The position numbers and the translations under genes were made by a program. Positions 19,022 through 27,829 of a stretch of 64,000 bases of DNA are shown piece after piece (the stretch's first letter is position 1; every line of letters starts with the position of its first letter). Source of the DNA: Minisyncoccia bacterium (GTDB lineage: Bacteria > Patescibacteriota > Minisyncoccia > UBA6257 > GWB1-50-10); contig JBEKVQ010000006.1 of assembly GCA_049997815.1 (NCBI GenBank), forward strand, positions 2,613 through 66,612, in the 5' to 3' direction. The notes beneath the pieces are model-generated. The model saw nothing but the letters and a program-made list of their open reading frames with translations. It did not search any database and was not told where the DNA came from.

Positions 19022-19396
19022 ATGAGTACAAAAAATACATTGATTCTAATAGGAGTCCTCGTTCTGATATTGGCGGCTGTAGTTTTGGTGGTTGTTTTGG
19101 TAGGGGGTTCGGCCAAGCCCAACCCGGCGGTGGATGCTTTTGCCAAATGCCTGGCTTCGAAGAATGTCGTCATGTACGGTGCTTATTGGTGCCCGCATTG
19201 CCAGAACCAAAAGAAACTGTTCGGCGATTCGTTCCAATACATACCCTATGTGGAATGTACACAGGATGTGGCGAAGTGCACCGCGGTGAACATTGACGGG
19301 TATCCGACCTGGATATTCTCCGATGGTAGCCGGGTGGAGGGAGAACAGTCATTCCAGGATCTCTCGAGCAAGACCGGCTGTCCGCTGCCGAATTAG
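19022..19396 (+). CDS. Membrane-anchored thioredoxin-like thiol:disulfide oxidoreductase
   Basis: N-terminal TM anchor. Active site YWCPHCQNQK (CxxC of the thioredoxin/DsbA type). Confidence 0.7.
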   Translation: MSTKNTLILIGVLVLILAAVVLVVVLVGGSAKPNPAVDAFAKCLASKNVVMYGAYWCPHCQNQKKLFGDSFQYIPYVECTQDVAKCTAVNIDGYPTWIFSDGSRVEGEQSFQDLSSKTGCPLPN

Positions 19397-19418
19397 TTCT
19401 ATATTCCTCTATATTAAT

Positions 19419-20702
19419 ATGGGAAAAATCCAAAATCTTGAGAAACTAGCCGTTACTGAGCTAAGGAGAGCCGCTTTGGAAATTGCCGAGGCGGGGCTTC
19501 TGGCGATTGATACGGAAAAAGCCGTGAAGGGCGGCGTGGTTTTGGATGGGGAAGTTCTCAGGGTTAAGGACAAGGAATTTGATCTCGCCGGATTCGAGCG
19601 CGTTTTCGTCGTGGGCGTCGGTAAGTGCGCGCTTGAGGCCGGCCGGGCTTTGGAAGAAATTTTGGGCGACAAATTGACGAACGGCATCGTTCTGGATGTT
19701 CATTCGGGAAATCTGAAAAAGATAAGGACGTTTGTCGGAACGCATCCGTTCCCCACGACCGAAAACGTGAACGCGACAGCCGAGATAATTCAACTTTTAT
19801 CATCTTTAACGGAAAAGGATTTCGTAATCTTCGTTATCTCGGGCGGCGGTTCCACGCTTCTCTGCCAGCCGAAGAACCTCATCTGCCAGGATGAAAAGGA
19901 TATCTTAACCCACCTTTTTAAGGTCGGCGCAAATATCGAAGAGATAAACACAATTCGAAAACATCTATCTCTTGCGCGCGGAGGATATCTTGCATCCTAC
20001 GCCCATTTGGCCTCGTCCGTCGCACTCATATTTTCGGATGTACCGGGCGGAGCAATGGAATTCATCGCTTCCGGACCGACAGTTAAGGACACGACGACGG
20101 TGGATGATGCGCGCCGGGTTTTGGAGAAATATGGAGTGGAAGAAGCTACGAGATTGAAAATAGAACCGCTTGAAACACCGAAAGACGAAACATCTTTTGA
20201 AAAAATCACGAATATTCTATTTTTGGACAATATGACGGCATTGGAAGCAATGTCCGCCAAGGCCAGAGGGTTGGGATTTAACCCCAAGATTCGCACGAAC
20301 GTTCTGGACGGCGAAGCCAGGGAAGCGGGGGAAAATATCGCGCTGGATATAGGAAAAGCCGGGGCGAAAACGGCCATTCTCTATGGCGGAGAGACGACAG
20401 TGAAGATAAAAAACGACGGCAAGGGAGGCCGGAATTTGGAAGTCGTTCTGGGCGCTTTGGGTAAAATTGGAGAAAACGAACTTGTTTTATCATTCGATTC
20501 GGACGGCCGGGATAACACGGATTTTGCGGGCGCGCTCTGTGATAGAATAACGAGTGAAAAGGCCGCGAAACTGGATTTGAAACCGGAAGAATTTCTGAAA
20601 AACAACGATTCATATATGTTTTTTGAAAAAGTCGGGGATTATATATTGACCGGCGACACCGGCTCCAACGTTTCGGACTTAATGATTGCAATTAAAAGCT
20701 AA
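19419..20702 (+). CDS. Glycerate 2-kinase of the MOFRL family (DUF4147 + MOFRL), 427 aa
   Basis: VVGVGKCALEAG, ISGGGSTLL and IRKHLSLARGG motifs. Start at MGKIQNL (19419), not the upstream ORF start. Confidence 0.65.
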   Translation: MGKIQNLEKLAVTELRRAALEIAEAGLLAIDTEKAVKGGVVLDGEVLRVKDKEFDLAGFERVFVVGVGKCALEAGRALEEILGDKLTNGIVLDVHSGNLKKIRTFVGTHPFPTTENVNATAEIIQLLSSLTEKDFVIFVISGGGSTLLCQPKNLICQDEKDILTHLFKVGANIEEINTIRKHLSLARGGYLASYAHLASSVALIFSDVPGGAMEFIASGPTVKDTTTVDDARRVLEKYGVEEATRLKIEPLETPKDETSFEKITNILFLDNMTALEAMSAKARGLGFNPKIRTNVLDGEAREAGENIALDIGKAGAKTAILYGGETTVKIKNDGKGGRNLEVVLGALGKIGENELVLSFDSDGRDNTDFAGALCDRITSEKAAKLDLKPEEFLKNNDSYMFFEKVGDYILTGDTGSNVSDLMIAIKS

Positions 20703-22475
20703 ATGGCGTCTGAAACCAAAAATTGCCAAAATTGCAAAAAGGACTTCACCATTGAGCCCGATGATTTTTCGTTCTACGAAAGGATAAAAGTACCACCTCC
20801 GACTTTTTGCCCGGAGTGTCGGCTACAGAGGCGGCTCGTGTGGCGTAACGAGCGCAGTCTTTACAAACGTACCTGCGAGCTCTGCGGCGAAGTTACCATA
20901 TCCATGTATAACGAGGAAAGTCCGTACCCAGTTTACTGCTCCAAATGCTGGTGGTCGGACGGGTGGGATCCGATGCGTTACGGGAGAAATTACAATTTTT
21001 CCCGTCCATTCTTCGAACAGTTTAAAGATTTAATGCTCCGCGTGCCCCGCGTGAGCTTGGGCCATAAGGATGCCGTTGACTCTCCTTATACCAATTACAT
21101 AGTTCACGTTAAAAATTCTTATCTCGTTTTTGGCGGCCATGACGTCGAGGACTCATCTTATGTGGCGCTCCGAAGCCATTTTTTGAAAGATTGCCTGGAT
21201 GTTGATCAGATACATCATTCGGAATCATGTTACTGGAGCATGGACTGCAATAAGTGTTATCGGGTTTTCTTCAGTCAATACTGTGATGGTTGTAATGATT
21301 CGAGGTTTCTATTTGATTGTCGAAATTGTGCTAACTGTATCGCATGCGTGGGATTACGAGGCAAGCAATATCATATTTTGAACCAAGCGTATTCCAAAGA
21401 AGATTATCTCAAAAAAGTTGAAGAATTAGAGTTGGGGAGCTGGAAAGGTGTTCAAAATCTTTGGGAAAAGTGCGTGCAACTCCGATTAAAACTTCCGAGG
21501 CGTTATGCGATGATTCTGCAGTCCGCCAATGTGAGCGGCGACGACATTATGGGAGTGAGAAACTGTCGGAATTGTTTCGCGGTTTCGAATGAAAGCGAAA
21601 ATTGCGCTTATCTCTGGAGCATGGACCGCGTTAAAGAAAGTCATGACATAAATTTCAGCTATCTCACTGAATTTTCCTATGAGGGAATGAGCACGGTGGA
21701 GGGTCAAAGGATGTTTTTTGGTAATGTGGCTTGGACGAATCACGAAACCAGCTATGTGGATAATTGCCATGACTGCGGCAACCTTTTTGGGTGCGCAGGA
21801 TTGCGCAGTAAGGAATACTGCATCCTCAACAAACAATATACCAAGGAAGAGTACGAGGCCATCGTTCCTAAGGTAATAAAGCACATGAACGACATGCCCT
21901 ATAAGGATGCTAAGGACAGGATCTATAAATACGGGGAGTTTTTCCCGCCAGAACTTTCTCCCTTTGCGTACAATGAAACCATCGCTCAAGAGTATTTTCC
22001 TCTGACTAAGGAAGAAGCCTTGCGACAGGGTTATAGATGGCGAGAACCCGACACGAAACAGTACAACATCACCGAGAAGCCGGAGAATCTGCCAGATAAC
22101 ATTAAAGATGTCCCCGATTCAATCACTGAAGAGGTTATCGGTTGCGCTCATCAAGGAACTTGCACGCATCAATGTACCACCGCTTTCAAGATTACCTCCG
22201 GAGAACTCCAATTCTATCGCCATATGAATCTTCCTCTCCCTCGACTTTGCCCGAACTGCCGTCATCACGAAAGATTGGCCCAGAGAAATCCGCTACGACT
22301 ATGGTACCGCAAGTGCCAGTGCGCCGGTATTAAATCCGAAAACGGAGTTTATCAAAACACCGCAAAACATCAACACGGAACAGGGAAGTGCTTGAACGAG
22401 TTCGAGACATCATATGCACCCGAACGCAAAGAAATCGTCTATTGTGAGCAGTGTTATAATGCCGAAGTCATATGA
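20703..22475 (+). CDS. Cys-rich zinc-ribbon repeat protein, family copy 5 (590 aa)
   Basis: Starts 1 nt after the glycerate kinase stop. N-term MASETKNCQNCKKDFTIEPDDFSFYERIKVPPPTFCPECR. C-term NEFETSYAPERKEIVYCEQCYNAEVI. Confidence 0.7.
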   Translation: MASETKNCQNCKKDFTIEPDDFSFYERIKVPPPTFCPECRLQRRLVWRNERSLYKRTCELCGEVTISMYNEESPYPVYCSKCWWSDGWDPMRYGRNYNFSRPFFEQFKDLMLRVPRVSLGHKDAVDSPYTNYIVHVKNSYLVFGGHDVEDSSYVALRSHFLKDCLDVDQIHHSESCYWSMDCNKCYRVFFSQYCDGCNDSRFLFDCRNCANCIACVGLRGKQYHILNQAYSKEDYLKKVEELELGSWKGVQNLWEKCVQLRLKLPRRYAMILQSANVSGDDIMGVRNCRNCFAVSNESENCAYLWSMDRVKESHDINFSYLTEFSYEGMSTVEGQRMFFGNVAWTNHETSYVDNCHDCGNLFGCAGLRSKEYCILNKQYTKEEYEAIVPKVIKHMNDMPYKDAKDRIYKYGEFFPPELSPFAYNETIAQEYFPLTKEEALRQGYRWREPDTKQYNITEKPENLPDNIKDVPDSITEEVIGCAHQGTCTHQCTTAFKITSGELQFYRHMNLPLPRLCPNCRHHERLAQRNPLRLWYRKCQCAGIKSENGVYQNTAKHQHGTGKCLNEFETSYAPERKEIVYCEQCYNAEVI

Positions 22476-24259
22476 CCTCCGAAACTAGAAATTGCCAAAA
22501 CTGCAAGCAAAACTTCGTCATTGAATCCGACGATTTTGACTTTTACGAAAAAATGAAGGTTCCGGCGCCGACGTTTTGTCCCGATTGCCGGTTGGTTCGA
22601 AAATTGATCTGGAGGAACGAGCGCGTTCTATACCGGCGCGAGTGCGACCTTTGCAACAAATCCGTCATCTCTATTTATCCGAAAGAAAGCCCGCTAAAAG
22701 TATATTGCCATGATTGCTGGTGGGGAGATAAGTGGGATCCGCAGGTGTACGCAGCAAAATTCAATCCCAGTAAGCCGTTCTTTGAACAGTATCGAACGCT
22801 TGTCGAATCCGTTCCGGTTATAAATCTTTTCAATACCAATCCGGTCAATTCCGAATATTGTAATTACGCCAGCAATAGTAAGAATTGCTACTTATTCGTC
22901 GGCGGTAGGGAATGCGAGAATATTCTATATGCCAACCGAGTATTTTCCTCCAAGGACTCGATCGATCTCTACGATGCCAATAAGTTGGAGTTGTCCTACG
23001 AGGCAATCCAGTGCAAAAATTGCAATCGCTTGTTCTTCGGACAGTTATGCACGGATTGCAATGATTCGTGGTTTCTCTACGACTGCCGGGGCTGCCAGAA
23101 CTGTTTTGGCTGCGCGAATCTTCGCGGGCAGCAATATCACATCTGGAATCAGCCCTATCAGAAAGAGGATTACTTCGCGAAGCTGAAAGAATTCGATCTG
23201 GAAAGCCGCGCCGGCTTGGAAAAGGCAAAGAAACTCGCGGAAGAACATCTCGCCAAATATATCCGCCGTTATGCCCACATCGTCAATTCTCCGGGGAGCA
23301 CGGGGGACAATCTTTACAATTGCCGGAACTGCAAATATTGCTTCGATTTGACCGGCTCCGATTCGGAGAGCTGCAAATTCACGCACTTCGCCGGCGTCGG
23401 CATGAAGGACTCCTACGATAATTACGGGGCGCCCCGCGCCGAACAGGTTTACGAAACCCTGGCCATCGGCTTTGAATCCAACGATAACTCGCATTATTAC
23501 TTCAGTTATTTCGTTAGAGGAAGCCACGACATCTATTATTCTTACAATTGCGTTTCCTCCTCATATCTCTTTGGATGCGTCGGATTGCGCAATAAGCAAT
23601 ATCGCATTTTGAACAAACAGTATACAAAGGAGGAATATGAAGAACTTGTTCCGAAAATCATTCAGCAAATGAATGATATGCCGTTCATGGATAAGAGGGG
23701 ATTGGTCTATAAATACGGAGAATTTCCGCCGGCGGAGTTCTCGCCATTCGCTTATAACGAAACCATTGCCCAGGATTATTTTCCCATTACTAAAGATGAG
23801 GCAATCAAGCAGGGTTATCTTTGGAAGGACCCGGAGACCAAGGCATATCAGGTAACCATTCCGGCGGATAAGATACCGGAGCGCATCAAAGACGTTCCCG
23901 ATGCCATTACTTCCGAGGTTATCGCTTGCGCCCACGCAGGGAAGTGCACTCACCAGTGCACCACCGCTTTCCGTATCATTCTGGAAGAGCTTCAATTTTA
24001 CCGAAGGATGGATCTGCCTCTGCCGAGATTGTGTTCCAATTGCCGCCATTATGAGAGATTGGCACAGAGGAATCCAATGAGATTATGGCACCGAAAATGC
24101 CAGTGTGCTGGGGCAAAATCCGAGGGTGGTGCCTATCAAAATACCGTCAAGCATCAGCACCAAGACGGCCACTGTCCGAACGAATTTGAGACGAGTTATT
24201 CCCCAGAGAGGAAGGAAATCATCTACTGCGAGCAGTGCTATAACAGCGAGGTAATATGA
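22472..24259 (+). CDS. Cys-rich zinc-ribbon repeat protein, family copy 6 (595 aa)
   Basis: ATGA overlap. N-term MTSETRNCQNCKQNFVIESDDFDFYEKMKVPAPTFCPDCR. C-term NEFETSYSPERKEIIYCEQCYNSEVI. Confidence 0.7.
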   Translation: MTSETRNCQNCKQNFVIESDDFDFYEKMKVPAPTFCPDCRLVRKLIWRNERVLYRRECDLCNKSVISIYPKESPLKVYCHDCWWGDKWDPQVYAAKFNPSKPFFEQYRTLVESVPVINLFNTNPVNSEYCNYASNSKNCYLFVGGRECENILYANRVFSSKDSIDLYDANKLELSYEAIQCKNCNRLFFGQLCTDCNDSWFLYDCRGCQNCFGCANLRGQQYHIWNQPYQKEDYFAKLKEFDLESRAGLEKAKKLAEEHLAKYIRRYAHIVNSPGSTGDNLYNCRNCKYCFDLTGSDSESCKFTHFAGVGMKDSYDNYGAPRAEQVYETLAIGFESNDNSHYYFSYFVRGSHDIYYSYNCVSSSYLFGCVGLRNKQYRILNKQYTKEEYEELVPKIIQQMNDMPFMDKRGLVYKYGEFPPAEFSPFAYNETIAQDYFPITKDEAIKQGYLWKDPETKAYQVTIPADKIPERIKDVPDAITSEVIACAHAGKCTHQCTTAFRIILEELQFYRRMDLPLPRLCSNCRHYERLAQRNPMRLWHRKCQCAGAKSEGGAYQNTVKHQHQDGHCPNEFETSYSPERKEIIYCEQCYNSEVI

Positions 24260-26034
24260 CCTCCGAAACTAGAAATTGCCAAAACTGCAAACAATCCTTC
24301 ACGATTGAGCCGGATGATTTCAGTTTCTACGAAAAAATCCACGTGCCGGTGCCTACCTGGTGCCCGAACTGCCAACTGCAGCGGAGATTTTGTTTTAGGA
24401 ACGAACGGACGCTTTATAAGCGCAAGGAGTCGCTCCGGGGCGAGGTGGTCATCTCTAATTATTCGCCGGACCTGAACGTCCCGATCTATAACCAGCAGGA
24501 TTGGTGGAGCGATTCGTGGGACCCGATGATGTACGGGAAATCATACGATTTTTCGAAACCGTTCTTTCTGCAGATGAAAGAACTCTCGAGAGCAGTGCCG
24601 TGGCCGGCGCTCCTGAACTGGAATGCGGTAAACAGCGATTACTGTGTTTACACCACGGACAACAAGGATTGCTACCTGGTTTTCGGCGGGGACTACAACG
24701 AAAATTGTTTCTGCGCCACGCATAACTTCCATTCTAAGGACAGTGGCGAATTATTTTGGGTGGAAAAGTGCGAGCTTTGCTACGAGCTCATCTACAGCGA
24801 AAACTGTTTCCGGGTGAAATACGGTCGGTACGTTAACAACTGCACCGATTGCGCGTTCATGTTGAGTTGCACGAACTGCACCGATTGCATCGGGTGCGTG
24901 GGGCTGAAGAACAAATCCCACTGCATCCTGAACAAACAATATTCCAAGGAGGAATACGAAAATAAAGCGAAAGGAGCGGCGCTGGATACGCGGGCGGGGC
25001 TCGAGAAGTTCAAAAGGCAATTCGAGGAACTGCGCCTGTCCCAACCAACCCGTTTCGCGGAGATCTATAAATCGGTCGGTTGTACCGGGGACAATATCCA
25101 CAGCAGCAAGAACTGCGTCAACTGTTTCGACGTCTTCGACGGGGCGGAGGATTTGAAGAATGCGGTTCTCGCCGGATGGGGGAGCAAAGACGGACGGAAT
25201 GTGAACCACTTCGGACATAAATCGGAGCTGGTATACGACTCCCTCATCACCTTCGATAATTCGCAGCGGGTGCGATTTTGCGCTTCCACGTCCACTTCGC
25301 AGGACATTGAGTATTCCATGAACTGCCGGAGTTCCCGGAATCTCTTCGGTTGCGTAAATCTTCGGGGGAAGGAGTATTGTATCCTGAACAAGCAGTACGA
25401 CAAGGATTCGTACGAAAAGACGCGTTCTCAGATCGTCGAGCACATGAAGGCGATGCCGTATAAGGATATGCAGGGCTATATGTACACGTATGGTGATTTC
25501 TTCCCGCCGGAACTTTCCCTTTTTGCCTATAACGAGACGTCGGCCCAAGAGTACTTCCCGTTGACCAAAGAAGAAGCGTTGAGGTTGGGATACGAATGGC
25601 GCGAGGCCGAGAACCGAGAGTATACAGCCACGAAACCAGCCAGTTCAATGCCGGATAACATAGCGGAAGTAGATGACTCAATAACCAAGGAAGTCATTGG
25701 ATGTTCCCATAATGGGGAATGCAATCAGCGCTGCGCCAAGGCGTTCCGCATCGTTCCGCAGGAACTCCAATTGTATCGCCAGCTTAACGTCCCGCCGCCG
25801 ATACTTTGTCCAAGTTGTCGCCACTATGAACGTATGAGCCAAAAAAATCCCCTAAAGCTTTGGCATCGAAAATGCCAGTGTTCGGGAGTTAGATCCGAAA
25901 ACGGCGTTTATCAGAATACCGTTAAACATTTTCACGAAGATGGTCATTGTCCCAACGAGTTTGAGACCTCTTTTGCTCCCGAGCGGAAAGAAATAGTGTA
26001 CTGCGAGCAGTGTTATCAAACGGAAGTAGCATGA
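24256..26034 (+). CDS. Cys-rich zinc-ribbon repeat protein, family copy 7 (592 aa)
   Basis: ATGA overlap. The first 36 nt are identical to copy 6. C-term NEFETSFAPERKEIVYCEQCYQTEVA. Confidence 0.7.
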   Translation: MTSETRNCQNCKQSFTIEPDDFSFYEKIHVPVPTWCPNCQLQRRFCFRNERTLYKRKESLRGEVVISNYSPDLNVPIYNQQDWWSDSWDPMMYGKSYDFSKPFFLQMKELSRAVPWPALLNWNAVNSDYCVYTTDNKDCYLVFGGDYNENCFCATHNFHSKDSGELFWVEKCELCYELIYSENCFRVKYGRYVNNCTDCAFMLSCTNCTDCIGCVGLKNKSHCILNKQYSKEEYENKAKGAALDTRAGLEKFKRQFEELRLSQPTRFAEIYKSVGCTGDNIHSSKNCVNCFDVFDGAEDLKNAVLAGWGSKDGRNVNHFGHKSELVYDSLITFDNSQRVRFCASTSTSQDIEYSMNCRSSRNLFGCVNLRGKEYCILNKQYDKDSYEKTRSQIVEHMKAMPYKDMQGYMYTYGDFFPPELSLFAYNETSAQEYFPLTKEEALRLGYEWREAENREYTATKPASSMPDNIAEVDDSITKEVIGCSHNGECNQRCAKAFRIVPQELQLYRQLNVPPPILCPSCRHYERMSQKNPLKLWHRKCQCSGVRSENGVYQNTVKHFHEDGHCPNEFETSFAPERKEIVYCEQCYQTEVA

Positions 26035-27827
26035 ACGCCGAGATAAAAACCTGTCAAAATTGCCATAAAGAATTCGTAATTGAACCCGACGATTTCACGT
26101 TCTACGAAAAGATGCAGGTGCCGGCGCCGATGTTTTGCCCGCAGTGCCGATTCCAGCGGCGGCTTTCTTTTTGCAACGAGAGGCATTTATACAAAATAAA
26201 TTGCGGATTGTGTGGCAAGGGAATGATCGCGATGTATCCTCCGAATACGAAATTCCCGGTTTACTGCCTACCTTGTTACCGGAGCGACAACTGGGACCCA
26301 CTCTCTTACGGGAGGGAGTATAACTTTGACCAGCCGTTCTTCGAACAATTCAAGGAATTGAAGTCACATGTGCCCCGGGCATCGCTCGTCCGGCAGGGGG
26401 ACATCGCGGGCAGCGAATACTGCAACCGGGCGAGTTATAACAAAGATTGCTACCTGATAATCCGGGCGAACTATAACGAGAATTCGCTCTATTCCTACAA
26501 CTTGTGGGAGTCCCGGGACAGCATGGATTGTTTTAACGTCCACAAATCCGAGCTGGCTTATAACTGCATCGATTCCATCGATTGCTATCACGTCCAATAT
26601 TGCCAGGAATGCAGATTATGCCGGGATTCCATTCTTCTTTTCGACTGCCGGAATTGCACGAGTTGTATCGGGTGCGTCGGATTGCGGAATAAGCAGTATC
26701 ACATTCTGAACCGCCCGTATACGAAAGAAGATTACGAGAACGAACTGCGTGGTTTGAGTTTGAATACTGTGGCGGGGATGACGGCTCTGGCGGGGCGATT
26801 CAAGGTGATTTTAGATAAAGCAATTCGCGAGTCCGAGATCGAAACGAATTGCGTCCGGTCCACCGGGAATTGGCTCACCGACTGCAAAGATGTTCTGGAT
26901 TCGTACCAGTGCCGGGATTTTGAGAACGGAAAATATCTGCTTTCCGTCATCGGGGCCAAGGATTGCATGGACTACTCGTACTGGGGCCGGGAAACGGAGC
27001 TCGTCTACGAATCCTCGAATTGCGGATACAACGTATCGAGAATTCGGTTTGCGAACGAATCCTGGGATGCCTGCCATGACCTGACCTATTGCGACAACTG
27101 CTATTCGTCGGCCAATCTCTTCGGTTGCGTCGGCTTAAGGAAGAAGGATTATTGCATCCTGAATAAGCAGTACACGAAAGAGGAGTATGAAAAAATGATG
27201 CCGAGGATAGTCGAGCATATGAACTCCATGCCGTACACGGATAAGAGGGGAAGGGTCTACAAGTTCGGGGAATTCTTCCCAACCGAGCTTTCAGCTTCTC
27301 CTTATAACATGACGGCGGCTTACGAGAATTTTCCGTTGAATAGAGAGGAAATTCTAAAGCAGGGATATGCCTGGGAGGATTTCAAGGAAAAAGAGTATAC
27401 GGTGACAAAATCCTGGCGCGACCTTCCCGAAAGTATCGAAACGGTGGACGACAGCATTCTTAAGGAGGTCATTCTTTGCAAGACCCAGGATGAAGGCAGT
27501 AAGGGCATTATCGAGGAGCGCAGCTGCACCAAGGCGTTCCGGATAACGCCGGAGGAATTCTCGTTCTATCGGAGAATGAATATCCCGCTCCCGCACTCCT
27601 GTTTTAATTGCAGACATTATGAGCGTTTCAAGAAAAGAAATCCGCTGAAGCTCTGGCACCGCAAATGCCAGTGCGCCGGCGCCAAATCCGAGAATGAAAT
27701 TTACCAAAACGTCGCCCAACACCCGCACGGAGCAGGCCACTGTCCCAATGATTTTGAAACCAGTTACAGTCCGGAAAGAAGGGAGATAGTGTATTGCGAA
27801 CAATGTTATAATAGCGAAGTAGTTTAA
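26031..27827 (+). CDS. Cys-rich zinc-ribbon repeat protein, family copy 8 (~598 aa)
   Basis: ATGA overlap. N-term MNAEIKTCQNCHKEFVIEPDDFTFYEKMQVPAPMFCPQCR. C-term NDFETSYSPERREIVYCEQCYNSEVV. Confidence 0.7.
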   Translation: MNAEIKTCQNCHKEFVIEPDDFTFYEKMQVPAPMFCPQCRFQRRLSFCNERHLYKINCGLCGKGMIAMYPPNTKFPVYCLPCYRSDNWDPLSYGREYNFDQPFFEQFKELKSHVPRASLVRQGDIAGSEYCNRASYNKDCYLIIRANYNENSLYSYNLWESRDSMDCFNVHKSELAYNCIDSIDCYHVQYCQECRLCRDSILLFDCRNCTSCIGCVGLRNKQYHILNRPYTKEDYENELRGLSLNTVAGMTALAGRFKVILDKAIRESEIETNCVRSTGNWLTDCKDVLDSYQCRDFENGKYLLSVIGAKDCMDYSYWGRETELVYESSNCGYNVSRIRFANESWDACHDLTYCDNCYSSANLFGCVGLRKKDYCILNKQYTKEEYEKMMPRIVEHMNSMPYTDKRGRVYKFGEFFPTELSASPYNMTAAYENFPLNREEILKQGYAWEDFKEKEYTVTKSWRDLPESIETVDDSILKEVILCKTQDEGSKGIIEERSCTKAFRITPEEFSFYRRMNIPLPHSCFNCRHYERFKKRNPLKLWHRKCQCAGAKSENEIYQNVAQHPHGAGHCPNDFETSYSPERREIVYCEQCYNSEVV

Positions 27828-27829
27828 AT

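Noticed and set aside
24751-25548. Long minus-strand ORFs antisense to family genes (e.g. 24751-25548, 8539-9222, 31560-32267, 21486-21989)
   Set aside because: Each lies fully inside a strongly supported plus-strand gene and has no start context or motif. They are typical spurious antisense ORFs in ~50% GC coding DNA.
20703-27827. Diversity-generating retroelement (DGR) target explanation for the variable cores
   Set aside because: No reverse transcriptase gene or template-repeat/variable-repeat pair is visible in the window. Variation is spread over the whole core, not confined to a short A-biased VR.
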